DNA of 64,000 nucleotides from Solirubrobacteraceae bacterium (GTDB taxonomy: Bacteria; Actinomycetota; Thermoleophilia; Solirubrobacterales; Solirubrobacteraceae), in NCBI GenBank assembly GCA_025449845.1, contig JANWIP010000002.1, forward strand, positions 21,868-85,867, read 5' to 3'. The position numbers and the translations under genes were made by a program. Each line of letters starts with the position of its first letter. Position 1 is the first letter of the stretch. The notes below the pieces were generated by a model, which ran no database searches, was not told the origin of the DNA, and was given only the letters and a program-made list of their open reading frames with translations. This document shows, piece by piece, positions 53,832 through 63,048 of this stretch.

Positions 53832-53839
53832 CCGCGCAC

Positions 53840-55783
53840 TCAGGCGTCGGCGGTGCCGCCGGCCAGTCCCGGGCGAGGCAGCGGCCGCGGCGCTTCGCGT
53901 CCGGCACGATCAGCCGGCGCGGTGGGTGCGGTCGGCTCAGGCGTGCTCGGCTCGTCGTCAGGCCCGAAGACTTCCTCCTCGGACTTGCCGGCGAGCAGGC
54001 CGAGGAACTCCTCCTTCTCGATGGTCTCGCGCTTGAGCAGGACCTCGGAGAGGTGCGTGAGGCTGTCGCGGTGCTCGCCGAGGATGTCTTTGGCGCGCTG
54101 GTGGGCGGACTCGACGATGCGCCTGACCTCGTCGTCGATCTCGCGGGCGATCTCATCGGAGTAATCGGGCTCGGTGGAGAACTCGCGGCCCAAAAATGGC
54201 TGACCATGATCGTGCCCGAAGACACGCGGCCCAAGCTTGTCGGACATACCGAAGCGCATCACCATCTGCTTAGCGGTGGCAGTGACCTTCTCGATGTCGT
54301 TGGAAGCGCCGGTGGTGATCTCACTGAAGACGATCTCCTCCGCGGCACGCCCGCCAAGAGTCATCGCCATGGTGTCGTTGAGTTCAGCACGGGTCGTGAG
54401 GAAGCGATCCTCCTGGGGCATCGAGATCGTGTAGCCAAGCGCCTGGCCACGCGAGATGACGGAGATCTTGTGCACGGGGTCGGAGTGCTCCAGGTAGTGC
54501 CCCACGATCGCATGCCCCATCTCGTGGTAGGCGGTGATGAGACGCTCCTTTTCGCTCATGACGCGCGTCTTCTTCTCGGGGCCGGCGATCACGCGCATGA
54601 TCCCCTCCTCAAGCTCAACCTGGCCGATCTCGCGCTTACCGGTGCGGGCCGAGAGCAAGGCCGCCTCATTAATCAAGTTAGAAAGATCAGCGCCGGTAAA
54701 CCCGGGGGTCTGCCCAGCCAAGGCGTCGATGTCGATCTGCTTGCCCAGCGGCTTGCCACGCGTGTGAACCTCAAGGATCTTGGCGCGACCCTTGCGGTCG
54801 GGGCGATCGACGGCGATCTGTCGATCAAAGCGCCCGGGGCGCAAAAGCGCCGGATCGAGAATGTCGGGCCGGTTGGTGGCCGCGATCATGATGATGTTGT
54901 CCTTGGCCTCAAAGCCGTCCATCTCGACCAGCAGCTGGTTGAGCGTCTGCTCGCGCTCGTCGTGACCGCCGCCGAGCCCGGCGCCACGGTGGCGACCGAC
55001 GGCGTCGATCTCGTCCATGAAGATGATGCAAGGCGAGTTCTGCTTGGCCTGCTCGAAGAGGTCACGCACGCGCGAGGCGCCGACGCCAACGAACATCTCA
55101 ACAAAGTCTGAGCCAGAGATCGAGAAGAAAGGCACGCCCGCCTCCCCGGCGACAGCACGCGCGAGCAAGGTCTTGCCGGTACCAGGAGGCCCATACAGGA
55201 GCACGCCGGTGGGAATGCGCGCACCGAGCGCCTGGAACTTCTTGGGGTTCTCCAAGAACTCCTTGATCTCGTGCAACTCCTCGACGGCCTCATCGACACC
55301 GGCGACATCACGGAAGGTGATCTTGGGCGAGTCAGCGCTGAGCCGCTTGGCGCGCGACTTGCCAAAGGACATCACCTTGGAGCCCCCGCCCTGCACCTGA
55401 TTCATGAGGAAGATCCAAAAACCGAGGAAGAGCACAAAGGGAATGATGTAGGTGAGGATCCCGAGCAGCACACTGCTCTTGTTGGTCTCCACGTTGAAGG
55501 GCACGTTCGCTTTTTCGAGCTGTGTGATCAGCTGTGGAGCGGCCTGGTCGACGTAGCCGACTTCGTGGGTCCCGCCCTTGACGAGCTGGACTTCGACAGA
55601 ATTGCCCTTCTGCTTGATCACGGCCTTCTTGACGTTGCCGTTGGGTATGTCCTTGGAGACAAGCGTCTGGTAGGTGTATTCCTGAGCCCCGCTCGTACCG
55701 GACGGAATCAGCCTGGTGGCGAGAAAGGCCACCAACACCACGATCAGGATCGGGAATGCGGCGCTTTTGAAAAATCGGCTCAT
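53840..55783 (-). CDS. ftsH: ATP-dependent zinc metalloprotease FtsH
   Basis: Two N-terminal TM segments, Walker [12 protein letters not shown] region, and zinc motif HEMGHAIV. Confidence 0.96.
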   Translation of the reverse strand: MSRFFKSAAFPILIVVLVAFLATRLIPSGTSGAQEYTYQTLVSKDIPNGNVKKAVIKQKGNSVEVQLVKGGTHEVGYVDQAAPQLITQLEKANVPFNVETNKSSVLLGILTYIIPFVLFLGFWIFLMNQVQGGGSKVMSFGKSRAKRLSADSPKITFRDVAGVDEAVEELHEIKEFLENPKKFQALGARIPTGVLLYGPPGTGKTLLARAVAGEAGVPFFSISGSDFVEMFVGVGASRVRDLFEQAKQNSPCIIFMDEIDAVGRHRGAGLGGGHDEREQTLNQLLVEMDGFEAKDNIIMIAATNRPDILDPALLRPGRFDRQIAVDRPDRKGRAKILEVHTRGKPLGKQIDIDALAGQTPGFTGADLSNLINEAALLSARTGKREIGQVELEEGIMRVIAGPEKKTRVMSEKERLITAYHEMGHAIVGHYLEHSDPVHKISVISRGQALGYTISMPQEDRFLTTRAELNDTMAMTLGGRAAEEIVFSEITTGASNDIEKVTATAKQMVMRFGMSDKLGPRVFGHDHGQPFLGREFSTEPDYSDEIAREIDDEVRRIVESAHQRAKDILGEHRDSLTHLSEVLLKRETIEKEEFLGLLAGKSEEEVFGPDDEPSTPEPTAPTAPADRAGREAPRPLPRPGLAGGTADA

Positions 55784-55795
55784 GAGCTGCTCACT

Positions 55796-56365
55796 TTACC
55801 GTGTCAACGCCGCAACATAAGGAAGGTTGCGGTAGCGCTCAGCGTAGTCTAGGCCGTAGCCCACCACGAAGCGGTCGGGTATCTCAAAGCCAACATAGCG
55901 CGTCGGCAGGTCCACCTTGCGCCGCTCGGGCTTGGTCAATAGCGCGCAGACCTCAAGCGATCCAGGGTCGCGCGAGCCGAGGTTGCGCAGCAGATACTGC
56001 AAGGTGAGCCCGGAGTCAACGATGTCCTCAACAATCAGTACGTCGCGCCCGGCGATGACGATGTCGAGGTCCTTGAGGATGCGCACGACCCCGGAGGAGT
56101 CTGTGGCCGAGCCGTAGGAGGCAACCGCCATGAAATCGACCTCTACGGGGATGTCGATGAAGCGCATCAGGTCGGAGAGGAAGAAGACGGCCCCCTTGAG
56201 CACGCCAATCAAGAGCAGCGAGCGCCCGGCGTAGTCGCGCGAGATCTCCGCGCCCAGCTCGGCAACACGCTTCTGCAACGCCTCGGCGTCGACCAGCACC
56301 TCGCCGATGCCGGGATCGCCCGGGGGCGATCCGTTGGCCGCCACGGCAGGCAGGGGATCGGGCAT
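55796..56365 (-). CDS. hpt: hypoxanthine phosphoribosyltransferase
   Basis: PRPP-binding motif VLIVEDIVDSGLTL. Typical Hpt N-terminal and C-terminal segments (GYGLDYAERYRNLPY). Confidence 0.92.
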   Translation of the reverse strand: MPDPLPAVAANGSPPGDPGIGEVLVDAEALQKRVAELGAEISRDYAGRSLLLIGVLKGAVFFLSDLMRFIDIPVEVDFMAVASYGSATDSSGVVRILKDLDIVIAGRDVLIVEDIVDSGLTLQYLLRNLGSRDPGSLEVCALLTKPERRKVDLPTRYVGFEIPDRFVVGYGLDYAERYRNLPYVAALTR

Positions 56366-56392
56366 GACAGGCAGTCTAGTCGTGCCTGAGCT

Positions 56393-57403
56393 CTAGTCGC
56401 GCTCGGCGTCGCGCGCGGGTGAGGGGTAGTGCGGCGCGATCTTGACCATGCGCAGCCGCCGCTGCTCGATCACGGCAGCGAGGAGCCCACCGATATGCAA
56501 CTCAGCCCGCCCCTGACGCCCCGCCAACTCCAGGATCTCCGCGACACGATCGCCCGCCTGAGGAACAAACGCGCCAGGCCCGGCCGCCCCCTCGGCCAGA
56601 CGCACGACGACCAGACGAGCAAGCGCGGGATGCAACTCGCCAAGACGCTCGATGGCAATCGAGGTCTCCCCATCGAGCTCGCGATCCACAAGCTGTTCGA
56701 GCAGGTCGGTCTCCTCACGCAACAGCTGAGCGGTACGCAGCACATTGCCATCGGCCCCAGGGTGCACGGCCCGTAAGGCCGCAAGCAACCCATGACGCAC
56801 GCGTCCGCGCGCGTAGGCGTCGGTCTCGTTGGTCGCGTCCTCCCGCCAGGCAAGCCCCCGCGCGACGCAATAGGCGGCAGTCTGCTCACGGGTGACCCCC
56901 AAGAGCGGCCGGATCAGACGCCCCTCAGCCGCGGGCATCCCGAGCAGCGCCCGCCGCCCCGGGGAGGCGGCGAGGCGATAGAGGACGGTCTCGATCTGGT
57001 CGGTGGCGGTATGCCCAACGGCCACAAGCGCATCATCGCGCTCGGCGAGCAGCAGAGCAGCCTCATAACGAACGTTCCGCGCCCACGCCTGCACATTCCC
57101 CGGTCCGCGCAAAGGCCGGAGCACTTCCAAGGCGACGCCCAATCGCTCACAGAGCCGCTCGCAGTGGTGCTGATCCTCCTCCGACGCCTCCGCACGCAGC
57201 CCGTAGTTGACGTGCAGCGCCCGGACCAAGCCCGCCCCGCGGAGATCCACGACAAGATCAAGCAGACAAACCGAATCGCGCCCCCCAGAGAGCATGACCA
57301 CAAGCGGGCGCCGGGCGGCGAGCAGACCGGTGCCCAGCACCTGCTCGCGAACCTCGACGGCAGCGCCGCGGCCCCCACCCTCGGGTCCGGCAGCTCCCTC
57401 CAT
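56393..57403 (-). CDS. tilS: tRNA(Ile)-lysidine synthase
   Basis: PP-loop VMLSGGRDS and HTATDQIETVLYRL. The ATG overlaps the upstream gene's TAA (TAATG). Confidence 0.88.
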   Translation of the reverse strand: MEGAAGPEGGGRGAAVEVREQVLGTGLLAARRPLVVMLSGGRDSVCLLDLVVDLRGAGLVRALHVNYGLRAEASEEDQHHCERLCERLGVALEVLRPLRGPGNVQAWARNVRYEAALLLAERDDALVAVGHTATDQIETVLYRLAASPGRRALLGMPAAEGRLIRPLLGVTREQTAAYCVARGLAWREDATNETDAYARGRVRHGLLAALRAVHPGADGNVLRTAQLLREETDLLEQLVDRELDGETSIAIERLGELHPALARLVVVRLAEGAAGPGAFVPQAGDRVAEILELAGRQGRAELHIGGLLAAVIEQRRLRMVKIAPHYPSPARDAERD

Positions 57404-58605
57404 TAGCCCTCAGCGGAAGAGGCGATAAACAGCTCAGTAGGCTCCTTGAACCCCTTGAGCACAACCCCACCGATGAGCTCAAAGCGCAGCCCATCAAGCC
57501 CGGCGGCCTGATCCACGACCGCTCGCGTGACCAGGACCTCCCCCCCAGCAGCCCGGGCGACGACGCGCGCGGCACGGTTGACCTCGCGCCCGTAATAGTC
57601 CCCGTCGCGGTAGAGGGCAGCACCGTGATGGACGCCGATGCGCGGCGGCGGGGAGCCGGCGGGGAGCGAAGCAGGCAGCCCAACAGCCCAATCCGTCAGA
57701 GCGACAGGATCGGCGCCAATAATCATGACCTCATCACCAAGGGTCTTGATGACGCGGGCCTCAATCGGCAAGGTCTGCTCGACGGCTTCGACAAAGCGCT
57801 CAACAGCGCCGACGGCCTCCTGCTCCCCCTGCTCCTCGGTAAGCCGGGTGTAACCCGCCAGATCGGCAAAGGCAACAGCAACGCGCATGCGTCCCTCCTC
57901 AGCGGAGTCCTCATCGAGGTCGGCCTCAATGTGACCGATGACGTCCTGCTCGACAAAGTGAGCCAAGAAACGCGCGTGCAGGTAATTCATGATGGGCGAG
58001 ACAAAAGGCAGCATCTCCCCCACGAGCGCCTCCATCTCCTCCGTCATCTCAAGCCCAGGAACCCCGTCGCGCATGAGCGGCTCGTGCACGTAGAGGTGAA
58101 AGAGCCTGACCTCCGCATCGGCGATCTGCGCCATGGCCTGCGCATAGACACGCGTGAGCTGCAAGAAGGCCGGCATCGGCAGGCCGGCGCTGAGAATCGC
58201 GGCGACATAGCGCAACAACTCCATATCCTCCTCGGAGATGGAGTCCACAGAGAGCACGGAAAGCCCCATGGCAGCAACGAGCCGTTCGATCTCCTCACCC
58301 TTGAGCCCGGTGGCACGGACGGCATCGGCGAGCTTGTAGCGCGCGTCGGAGGTGGGCAATAGTTCGTCGATGAAGCCAAAGGCAAGGCGCCCGTTCTGGC
58401 TGGCCTCGCGGATCTTCTCAACGGTGTGCCCGCGCTCGCGCAGGCGCGAGACGATGCGCACGTGGGAGGCAGCAGCATGGGTCCACTCCCCTTCGTACTG
58501 GGGCACGAGCCCCTCCTTGACCCAGCGACGGACAGTGCCCGGCGAGACACCGGCGCGCGCAGCGACCTGGGCAAGCGTGAGAGTGCTCGGGGGCGACGTG
58601 GCCAT
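57403..58605 (-). CDS. MerR-type HTH fused to a class III adenylate/guanylate cyclase catalytic domain
   Basis: ATG at 58605. LTLAQVAARAGVSPGTVRRWVKEGLV..RIVSRLRERGHTVEKIREA is the MerR HTH. The C-terminal VAVAFADLAGYTRLTE..IKTLGDEVMIIG..GVHHGAALYRDGDYYGREVNRAARV is the cyclase homology domain. Confidence 0.8.
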   Translation of the reverse strand: MATSPPSTLTLAQVAARAGVSPGTVRRWVKEGLVPQYEGEWTHAAASHVRIVSRLRERGHTVEKIREASQNGRLAFGFIDELLPTSDARYKLADAVRATGLKGEEIERLVAAMGLSVLSVDSISEEDMELLRYVAAILSAGLPMPAFLQLTRVYAQAMAQIADAEVRLFHLYVHEPLMRDGVPGLEMTEEMEALVGEMLPFVSPIMNYLHARFLAHFVEQDVIGHIEADLDEDSAEEGRMRVAVAFADLAGYTRLTEEQGEQEAVGAVERFVEAVEQTLPIEARVIKTLGDEVMIIGADPVALTDWAVGLPASLPAGSPPPRIGVHHGAALYRDGDYYGREVNRAARVVARAAGGEVLVTRAVVDQAAGLDGLRFELIGGVVLKGFKEPTELFIASSAEG

Positions 58606-58631
58606 GGGCCGCAGTCTAGAGTCGACACCCC

Positions 58632-59327
58632 ATGTCGGATGTTGAGCCGATCCATCTGCACCCGACGGCCGAGCTGGCCGAGCGAGTATTGCTGCCGGGC
58701 GACCCGGGCCGGGCACTGGCGCTAGCCCAGTGGCTGCTTGAGAAACCATTGATGTTCAATCACAACCGCGGCCTGTGGGGCTACACGGGCAAGGCCCCCG
58801 ACGGCGAGCTGTTGACGGTGCAGAGCACGGGCATGGGCGGCCCAAGCGCAGCGATCGTGCTGCACGAGCTGGCGACACTAGGCGCGAAGCGAGCAATCAG
58901 GGTGGGGACGTGCGGCGCGCTGAACGGCAACTTCGCGCTGGGCGCGCTGCTGGTGGCAGGCGAGGCGATCGCGGCGGACGGCACGAGCAAGGCGCTAGGC
59001 GCAGGCGAGCGCGTAACAGCAGACGCCACGTTGACCAAAGCGCTAGGCGCCGAGGCCGGGAAGAATCCCCATCTAATAGTGAGCACGGACCTGTTCTACG
59101 AGCCCAACCCACAGCGCGAGCACGGCTGGCGAGCGGCAGGCGCGGCGGCGGTGGAGATGGAGGCAGCGACGCTGTTCGCGGTAGGCGAGCAGCTGGAGAT
59201 GCCGGTGGGATGCGTACTGGCGGTGTCGGACCTGCTGCACCCGCAAGGGCGCGAGCGCATCGGCACAGAGGAGCTGGAGCAGGCAGCGCAGGCAATGGGC
59301 CAGGTGGCCCTAGCGGCGCTGAGCTAG
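58632..59327 (+). CDS. purine/uridine nucleoside phosphorylase (PNP_UDP_1 family)
   Basis: LLPGDPGRA, VQSTGMGGPSAAIVLHEL, RVGTCGAL and VEMEAATLF motifs. Confidence 0.85.
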   Translation: MSDVEPIHLHPTAELAERVLLPGDPGRALALAQWLLEKPLMFNHNRGLWGYTGKAPDGELLTVQSTGMGGPSAAIVLHELATLGAKRAIRVGTCGALNGNFALGALLVAGEAIAADGTSKALGAGERVTADATLTKALGAEAGKNPHLIVSTDLFYEPNPQREHGWRAAGAAAVEMEAATLFAVGEQLEMPVGCVLAVSDLLHPQGRERIGTEELEQAAQAMGQVALAALS

Positions 59328-59863
59328 CCCTTAGGCTTGCCAGGAGGTTTGGACGCAGCCCGGCGCCGAGGCGCAGTTTTTTTGGAGGGGTTGGGGTCGG
59401 TGGGACCCAAATCATCAGGCGCGTGGGCAGCACCGCGAGACCCTGCCGCCGAGCGTGCCGCGGTGAGGCGATCTTCGCGTATCTCGGTAATCGCCTTGGT
59501 GAGCGTCTGCAACTGCTGCTCGACAGCACCAAGACGAGCCTCAACGGCCCCGCCGGCGCCATCGACAACCGAGGCGGCTTTGGCGGCAAGCGTGCGGTCG
59601 AGCCGATCGATGCCGTCCTCGATGCCCTCGATGCGCTGGGAGAACGAGCGCAGGCGCCGCGTGAGCCGCTCGATGTCAGAGGCGGAAGGAAGGTTGAGCG
59701 CCCCCATGGCAAGCTCCTGCGCCTGGGCGGCCTTCTCGCGCGCATCGAAGGCGTGTCCGATGGCGCCGGTGAGGATGGGATTCTCAAGCAGGTCGGTGAG
59801 CGCGCGCCCGAGACGATCCTCGGTACCTGTGGTCAGGCGCTCGCGCAGACTTCCCTCCGACAT
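59324..59863 (-). CDS. coiled-coil protein resembling PHA-granule-associated (phasin-like) proteins, with a basic tail
   Basis: ATG at 59863. NLPSASDIERLTRRLRSFSQRIEGIED resembles the conserved phasin-type motif (LP..SD...L..R). The assignment is tentative. Confidence 0.5.
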   Translation of the reverse strand: MSEGSLRERLTTGTEDRLGRALTDLLENPILTGAIGHAFDAREKAAQAQELAMGALNLPSASDIERLTRRLRSFSQRIEGIEDGIDRLDRTLAAKAASVVDGAGGAVEARLGAVEQQLQTLTKAITEIREDRLTAARSAAGSRGAAHAPDDLGPTDPNPSKKTAPRRRAASKPPGKPKG

Positions 59864-59868
59864 CGCTG

Positions 59869-60813
59869 TTGCTCCTCGGTCGCTCACGGGTCGGCTGTGA
59901 AGGATACGGTGCCGGAGTGTCTGAGCGCTGGTTCCTGTTCGTGCAGCTGGAGATCCCGTGGGAGCTAGGCCCCGCGGACGGACGCTATCTGCTGCGCGGA
60001 GGCACGGAGCGAGAGCCACAGCACGTGGTAGTCCTGAACACCCTGGACAGCAGTCGCAAGCGCGAACGAGCCCTGCGGGGCCGCTCACGCAAGGGCCGCG
60101 AGGTACCACCGGAGCCCGAGCCGGCAACCGTTGCGATCACGCGTGCGACGGTAGTCGACCCAATCCCACTGGCAGCCGAGGCACAGGCACAGGCGTGGCT
60201 GAAGGACCTCGACCCCGAGCACGAGATGCACCAAGCAGCAGGCGTGCTGAACCGCGTGCTGCTGGCGCAGCGAATCGCAGCGGCGGACCCGTATATACAC
60301 GAGGTCTCACCAGCACAGGCACTGGTGGTGCGCGCCGGGTGGGGTCTCGGCGAGCAGGTGGCAGACGGGCGGTGGGAGCACGCGCGCGAGCTGCTGGGAG
60401 GCCAGGGCCAGCCACGCAGACAGCGACGAACCTCGGCGCTACGCCCACAGGAGCGCCTGACGTGGATGCTAGGCGGGCGCGAAGAGGCGTTGCTATGCGA
60501 GGAGCTGGCATTACGCGCGCGGCGCGACGTGGACCAGGGCCGCATCGCCCATGCGGCCGTGGAGCTACGGAGCGCATACGCGGCAGCCCTGAGCGAGCTA
60601 GGCTGCGAAGGCCGACAGGACCTGGCGCTGCGAATCGATGAGCTGCGCGAGCTGAGCGGCACGATCCCCAGTGGCATTCCGCCGGCAGACGGTCCGGCCC
60701 CAAGCTTGACCGCCGCGGTGCAGGACGCCGAAGAGCAGGCGGTGCGTCACGCACTGGAGCGCTTGGAGGCGGCGCTGCGCGCACGCACGGTGGGGCTTAA
60801 GCTGAACACGTGA
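59869..60813 (+). CDS. hypothetical protein
   Basis: 314-aa ORF with GC3-rich codon usage. It ends in a 4-nt overlap with the next gene. The GTG at 59917 is an alternative start. No recognisable domain. Confidence 0.5.
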   Translation: MLLGRSRVGCEGYGAGVSERWFLFVQLEIPWELGPADGRYLLRGGTEREPQHVVVLNTLDSSRKRERALRGRSRKGREVPPEPEPATVAITRATVVDPIPLAAEAQAQAWLKDLDPEHEMHQAAGVLNRVLLAQRIAAADPYIHEVSPAQALVVRAGWGLGEQVADGRWEHARELLGGQGQPRRQRRTSALRPQERLTWMLGGREEALLCEELALRARRDVDQGRIAHAAVELRSAYAAALSELGCEGRQDLALRIDELRELSGTIPSGIPPADGPAPSLTAAVQDAEEQAVRHALERLEAALRARTVGLKLNT

Positions 60814-61946
60814 GTATCGACCCCACAGCGACCGCTGTAGGCACATGGAGCGGGGGCCGCTATATGCACTTCGGCGAGCCGCTGGAGGAGGAGCGCCTGC
60901 GCAAACTGCTGCGCCCCGGCGAAGGCATCGAGACAGTAATGACCGCGGACGCGTACGGCGCAGGCGAGGCGGACAGCCTGCTGGGCGAAGCGCTGCGCGG
61001 CGTGGAGCGCGAGAGCTACTGCCTGATCGGCGCGATCGGCCACGACTTCTACAAAGGCACACGCGAAGGAGCAAAGGGCTACCCCCGTTTCACGGACGGG
61101 CGCCTGCGCGATGAGAGCGGCTACGCCGACTACATACGCATGGCCACGGAGGCAAGCCTTGAGCGCCTGGGCGTGGAGCAGATGGACCTGCTGCTACTGC
61201 ACAACCCAGACCGCACGGGCTACACCAGCGAAGCTGTATGGGAGGGCATGGCAGCGGTGCGCGACGCGGGCCTGACACGCATGCTGGGCGTAGCGCCAGG
61301 CCCAGCAAACGGCTTCACGCTGGACGTGATCGACTGCATGGAGCGCTTCGGCGAGCTGATCGACTGGGCAATGGTAATCCTGAGCCCGATGGAGCCATGG
61401 CCAGGCGAGCTGGTGCTAGGCGCCGCGGCGGCCAACGACGTACAGGTGATCACGCGCGTGGTGGACTACGGCGGCATGTTCCACGACGACGTGAAGCCAG
61501 GCCATGAGTTCGCGGAGTGGGACCACCGCAAGTTCCGCCCGGCGGGCTGGGTGCAGCGAGGCATGGACAAGCTGGAGCAGATGCGCCCCTACGCGGAGCG
61601 CCACGGACTGAGCATGTTGCAGCTGGCGTGCCAGTGGAATCTGGCGCACGAGGCGGTGCGCTGCGTAGCCCCAACCCTGATCCAGGAGATAGGCGCAGAC
61701 GCACATACGATCGAGCACAAGCGCGCCGAGCTGGCAACGCTGCCCACAGAGCCGCTGCTGAGCGACGCAGAGGTGGCGGAGCTGCGAGCAATCGGCGATA
61801 ACACGGGCAGCATGGCCCTGAAGGGCGCAAGCGCAGGGCACGAAGGGGCGCCACAGCCAGACCGTTGGCCGCTGAGCGAGGAGCTGAGCGAGGTAGCGGC
61901 GCGCTGGCAGATCACCCCGGAGCGCGACTTGGCGATGGCGGGGTAA
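60810..61946 (+). CDS. aldo/keto reductase
   Basis: TADAYGAGEADSLLGEAL, LLLHNPD and the overall AKR pattern. Confidence 0.85.
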   Translation: MSIDPTATAVGTWSGGRYMHFGEPLEEERLRKLLRPGEGIETVMTADAYGAGEADSLLGEALRGVERESYCLIGAIGHDFYKGTREGAKGYPRFTDGRLRDESGYADYIRMATEASLERLGVEQMDLLLLHNPDRTGYTSEAVWEGMAAVRDAGLTRMLGVAPGPANGFTLDVIDCMERFGELIDWAMVILSPMEPWPGELVLGAAAANDVQVITRVVDYGGMFHDDVKPGHEFAEWDHRKFRPAGWVQRGMDKLEQMRPYAERHGLSMLQLACQWNLAHEAVRCVAPTLIQEIGADAHTIEHKRAELATLPTEPLLSDAEVAELRAIGDNTGSMALKGASAGHEGAPQPDRWPLSEELSEVAARWQITPERDLAMAG

Positions 61947-62976
61947 CAGCGCGCCGCTGTAGGGCGCGCTCGATCGCCAGCTCAAACTCCTCCTCCCACT
62001 GCGAGGCGAAGCGATCGATCGTCTGCGACTGCCCCCACTTGAGCGCCTGGCGCGAGAGGCGCCGGCGCTTGAAGCCGCTTGAGACGAACCCGTGGAGCGC
62101 GTCGAACCACCCATCCCCGCCGACGAGCTGCCCCCCTTCCTTGGCACCCATGTCGCGGTAGGCGCCAACGGGCGAGGCAAGCCAGGCGGCACCCACAGCG
62201 GAGTACTCCTTGAGCTTGATGGACGAGCGAGCGTGGTTAAAAGGCGTGTCGGCAAGCGGAGCAATGCCGATGTCGAAGTCCGCGATCGCCCCCAGCAACT
62301 CCCCAAAAGGCACCTTAGGCCGAAACTCGTAGCGCTCCGAGCGCAGCGGTAGACGCAGCCCAACGGTGACGAGGCGCAACTCAGGGTGCGCGTCGAGCAG
62401 CCGTGCGAGCACGTCGACGATGGGCAACCGCGCGAGGTCGCGCTCGTGCTCGGCGCCAGCCATCCAGCCAACGAGGAGCCCCCGATGCGCTGCCTTCACG
62501 CCAAAGCCGGCGAGGTCGCCGTCGAGGTGGTTGTCGATGACGGCGACGTGATTGGCCTGCGCCGCGCGGTACTTCTCGGCAAGCACGTGGCTGGGCGTGG
62601 TGGTCAGGTCGGCGACCTTGGTGAGGCGCAGGATTTCGGTGAAGAGCTTGGTGTTGCCCGCGCGCACCTTGCCGCCGGCTTCGAGCTTGCCCGGGCGAGC
62701 GGGGTTGGTCGTCATGTCGGCGGCAGAGAAGTCATCGTCGTTGTCGAAGCTGATCGCCACACCCTGCTGCGCGAGCTGCTTGAGATCGCGTGAGCGATCG
62801 AGGCGGCGAAAGCAGTGCACGAGATCGCAGCGCATCAGGTCGCTGAGCGCCAGATCGCGATCCATTCGCGCGGGCCAGAGCACATCGTGCCCAAGCCGCT
62901 CCAGCGCGCGCATCGGGAAGATGACGCGGTAGTTGGAGTTGGCCGCACGAGGCTCGGCGATGAAACCCAAACGCAT
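61912..62976 (-). CDS. glycosyltransferase-like protein (GT-B fold suspected)
   Basis: 354-aa ORF. The C-terminal half (DIGIAPL..SSIKLKEYSAVGAAWLASPVGAY) resembles the nucleotide-sugar-binding half of GT-B enzymes. Weak call. Confidence 0.45.
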   Translation of the reverse strand: MRLGFIAEPRAANSNYRVIFPMRALERLGHDVLWPARMDRDLALSDLMRCDLVHCFRRLDRSRDLKQLAQQGVAISFDNDDDFSAADMTTNPARPGKLEAGGKVRAGNTKLFTEILRLTKVADLTTTPSHVLAEKYRAAQANHVAVIDNHLDGDLAGFGVKAAHRGLLVGWMAGAEHERDLARLPIVDVLARLLDAHPELRLVTVGLRLPLRSERYEFRPKVPFGELLGAIADFDIGIAPLADTPFNHARSSIKLKEYSAVGAAWLASPVGAYRDMGAKEGGQLVGGDGWFDALHGFVSSGFKRRRLSRQALKWGQSQTIDRFASQWEEEFELAIERALQRRAVTPPSPSRAPG

Positions 62977-63048
62977 GCAGCGAGCGTAGGCAGGAGGGAC
63001 AACTACCGACGGCGTTTGCCGGCAGTTGTCTCCAACCCGAGAGCGAGG

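Noticed and set aside
52967-55111. 714-aa plus-strand ORF; the 461-aa ORF at 37213-38598 is a similar case
   Set aside because: They are antisense to ftsH/folP and to clpC respectively. Their composition is Arg/Gly/Asp/Leu-rich, as is typical of antisense frames of GC-rich genes. The opposite-strand genes are unambiguous.
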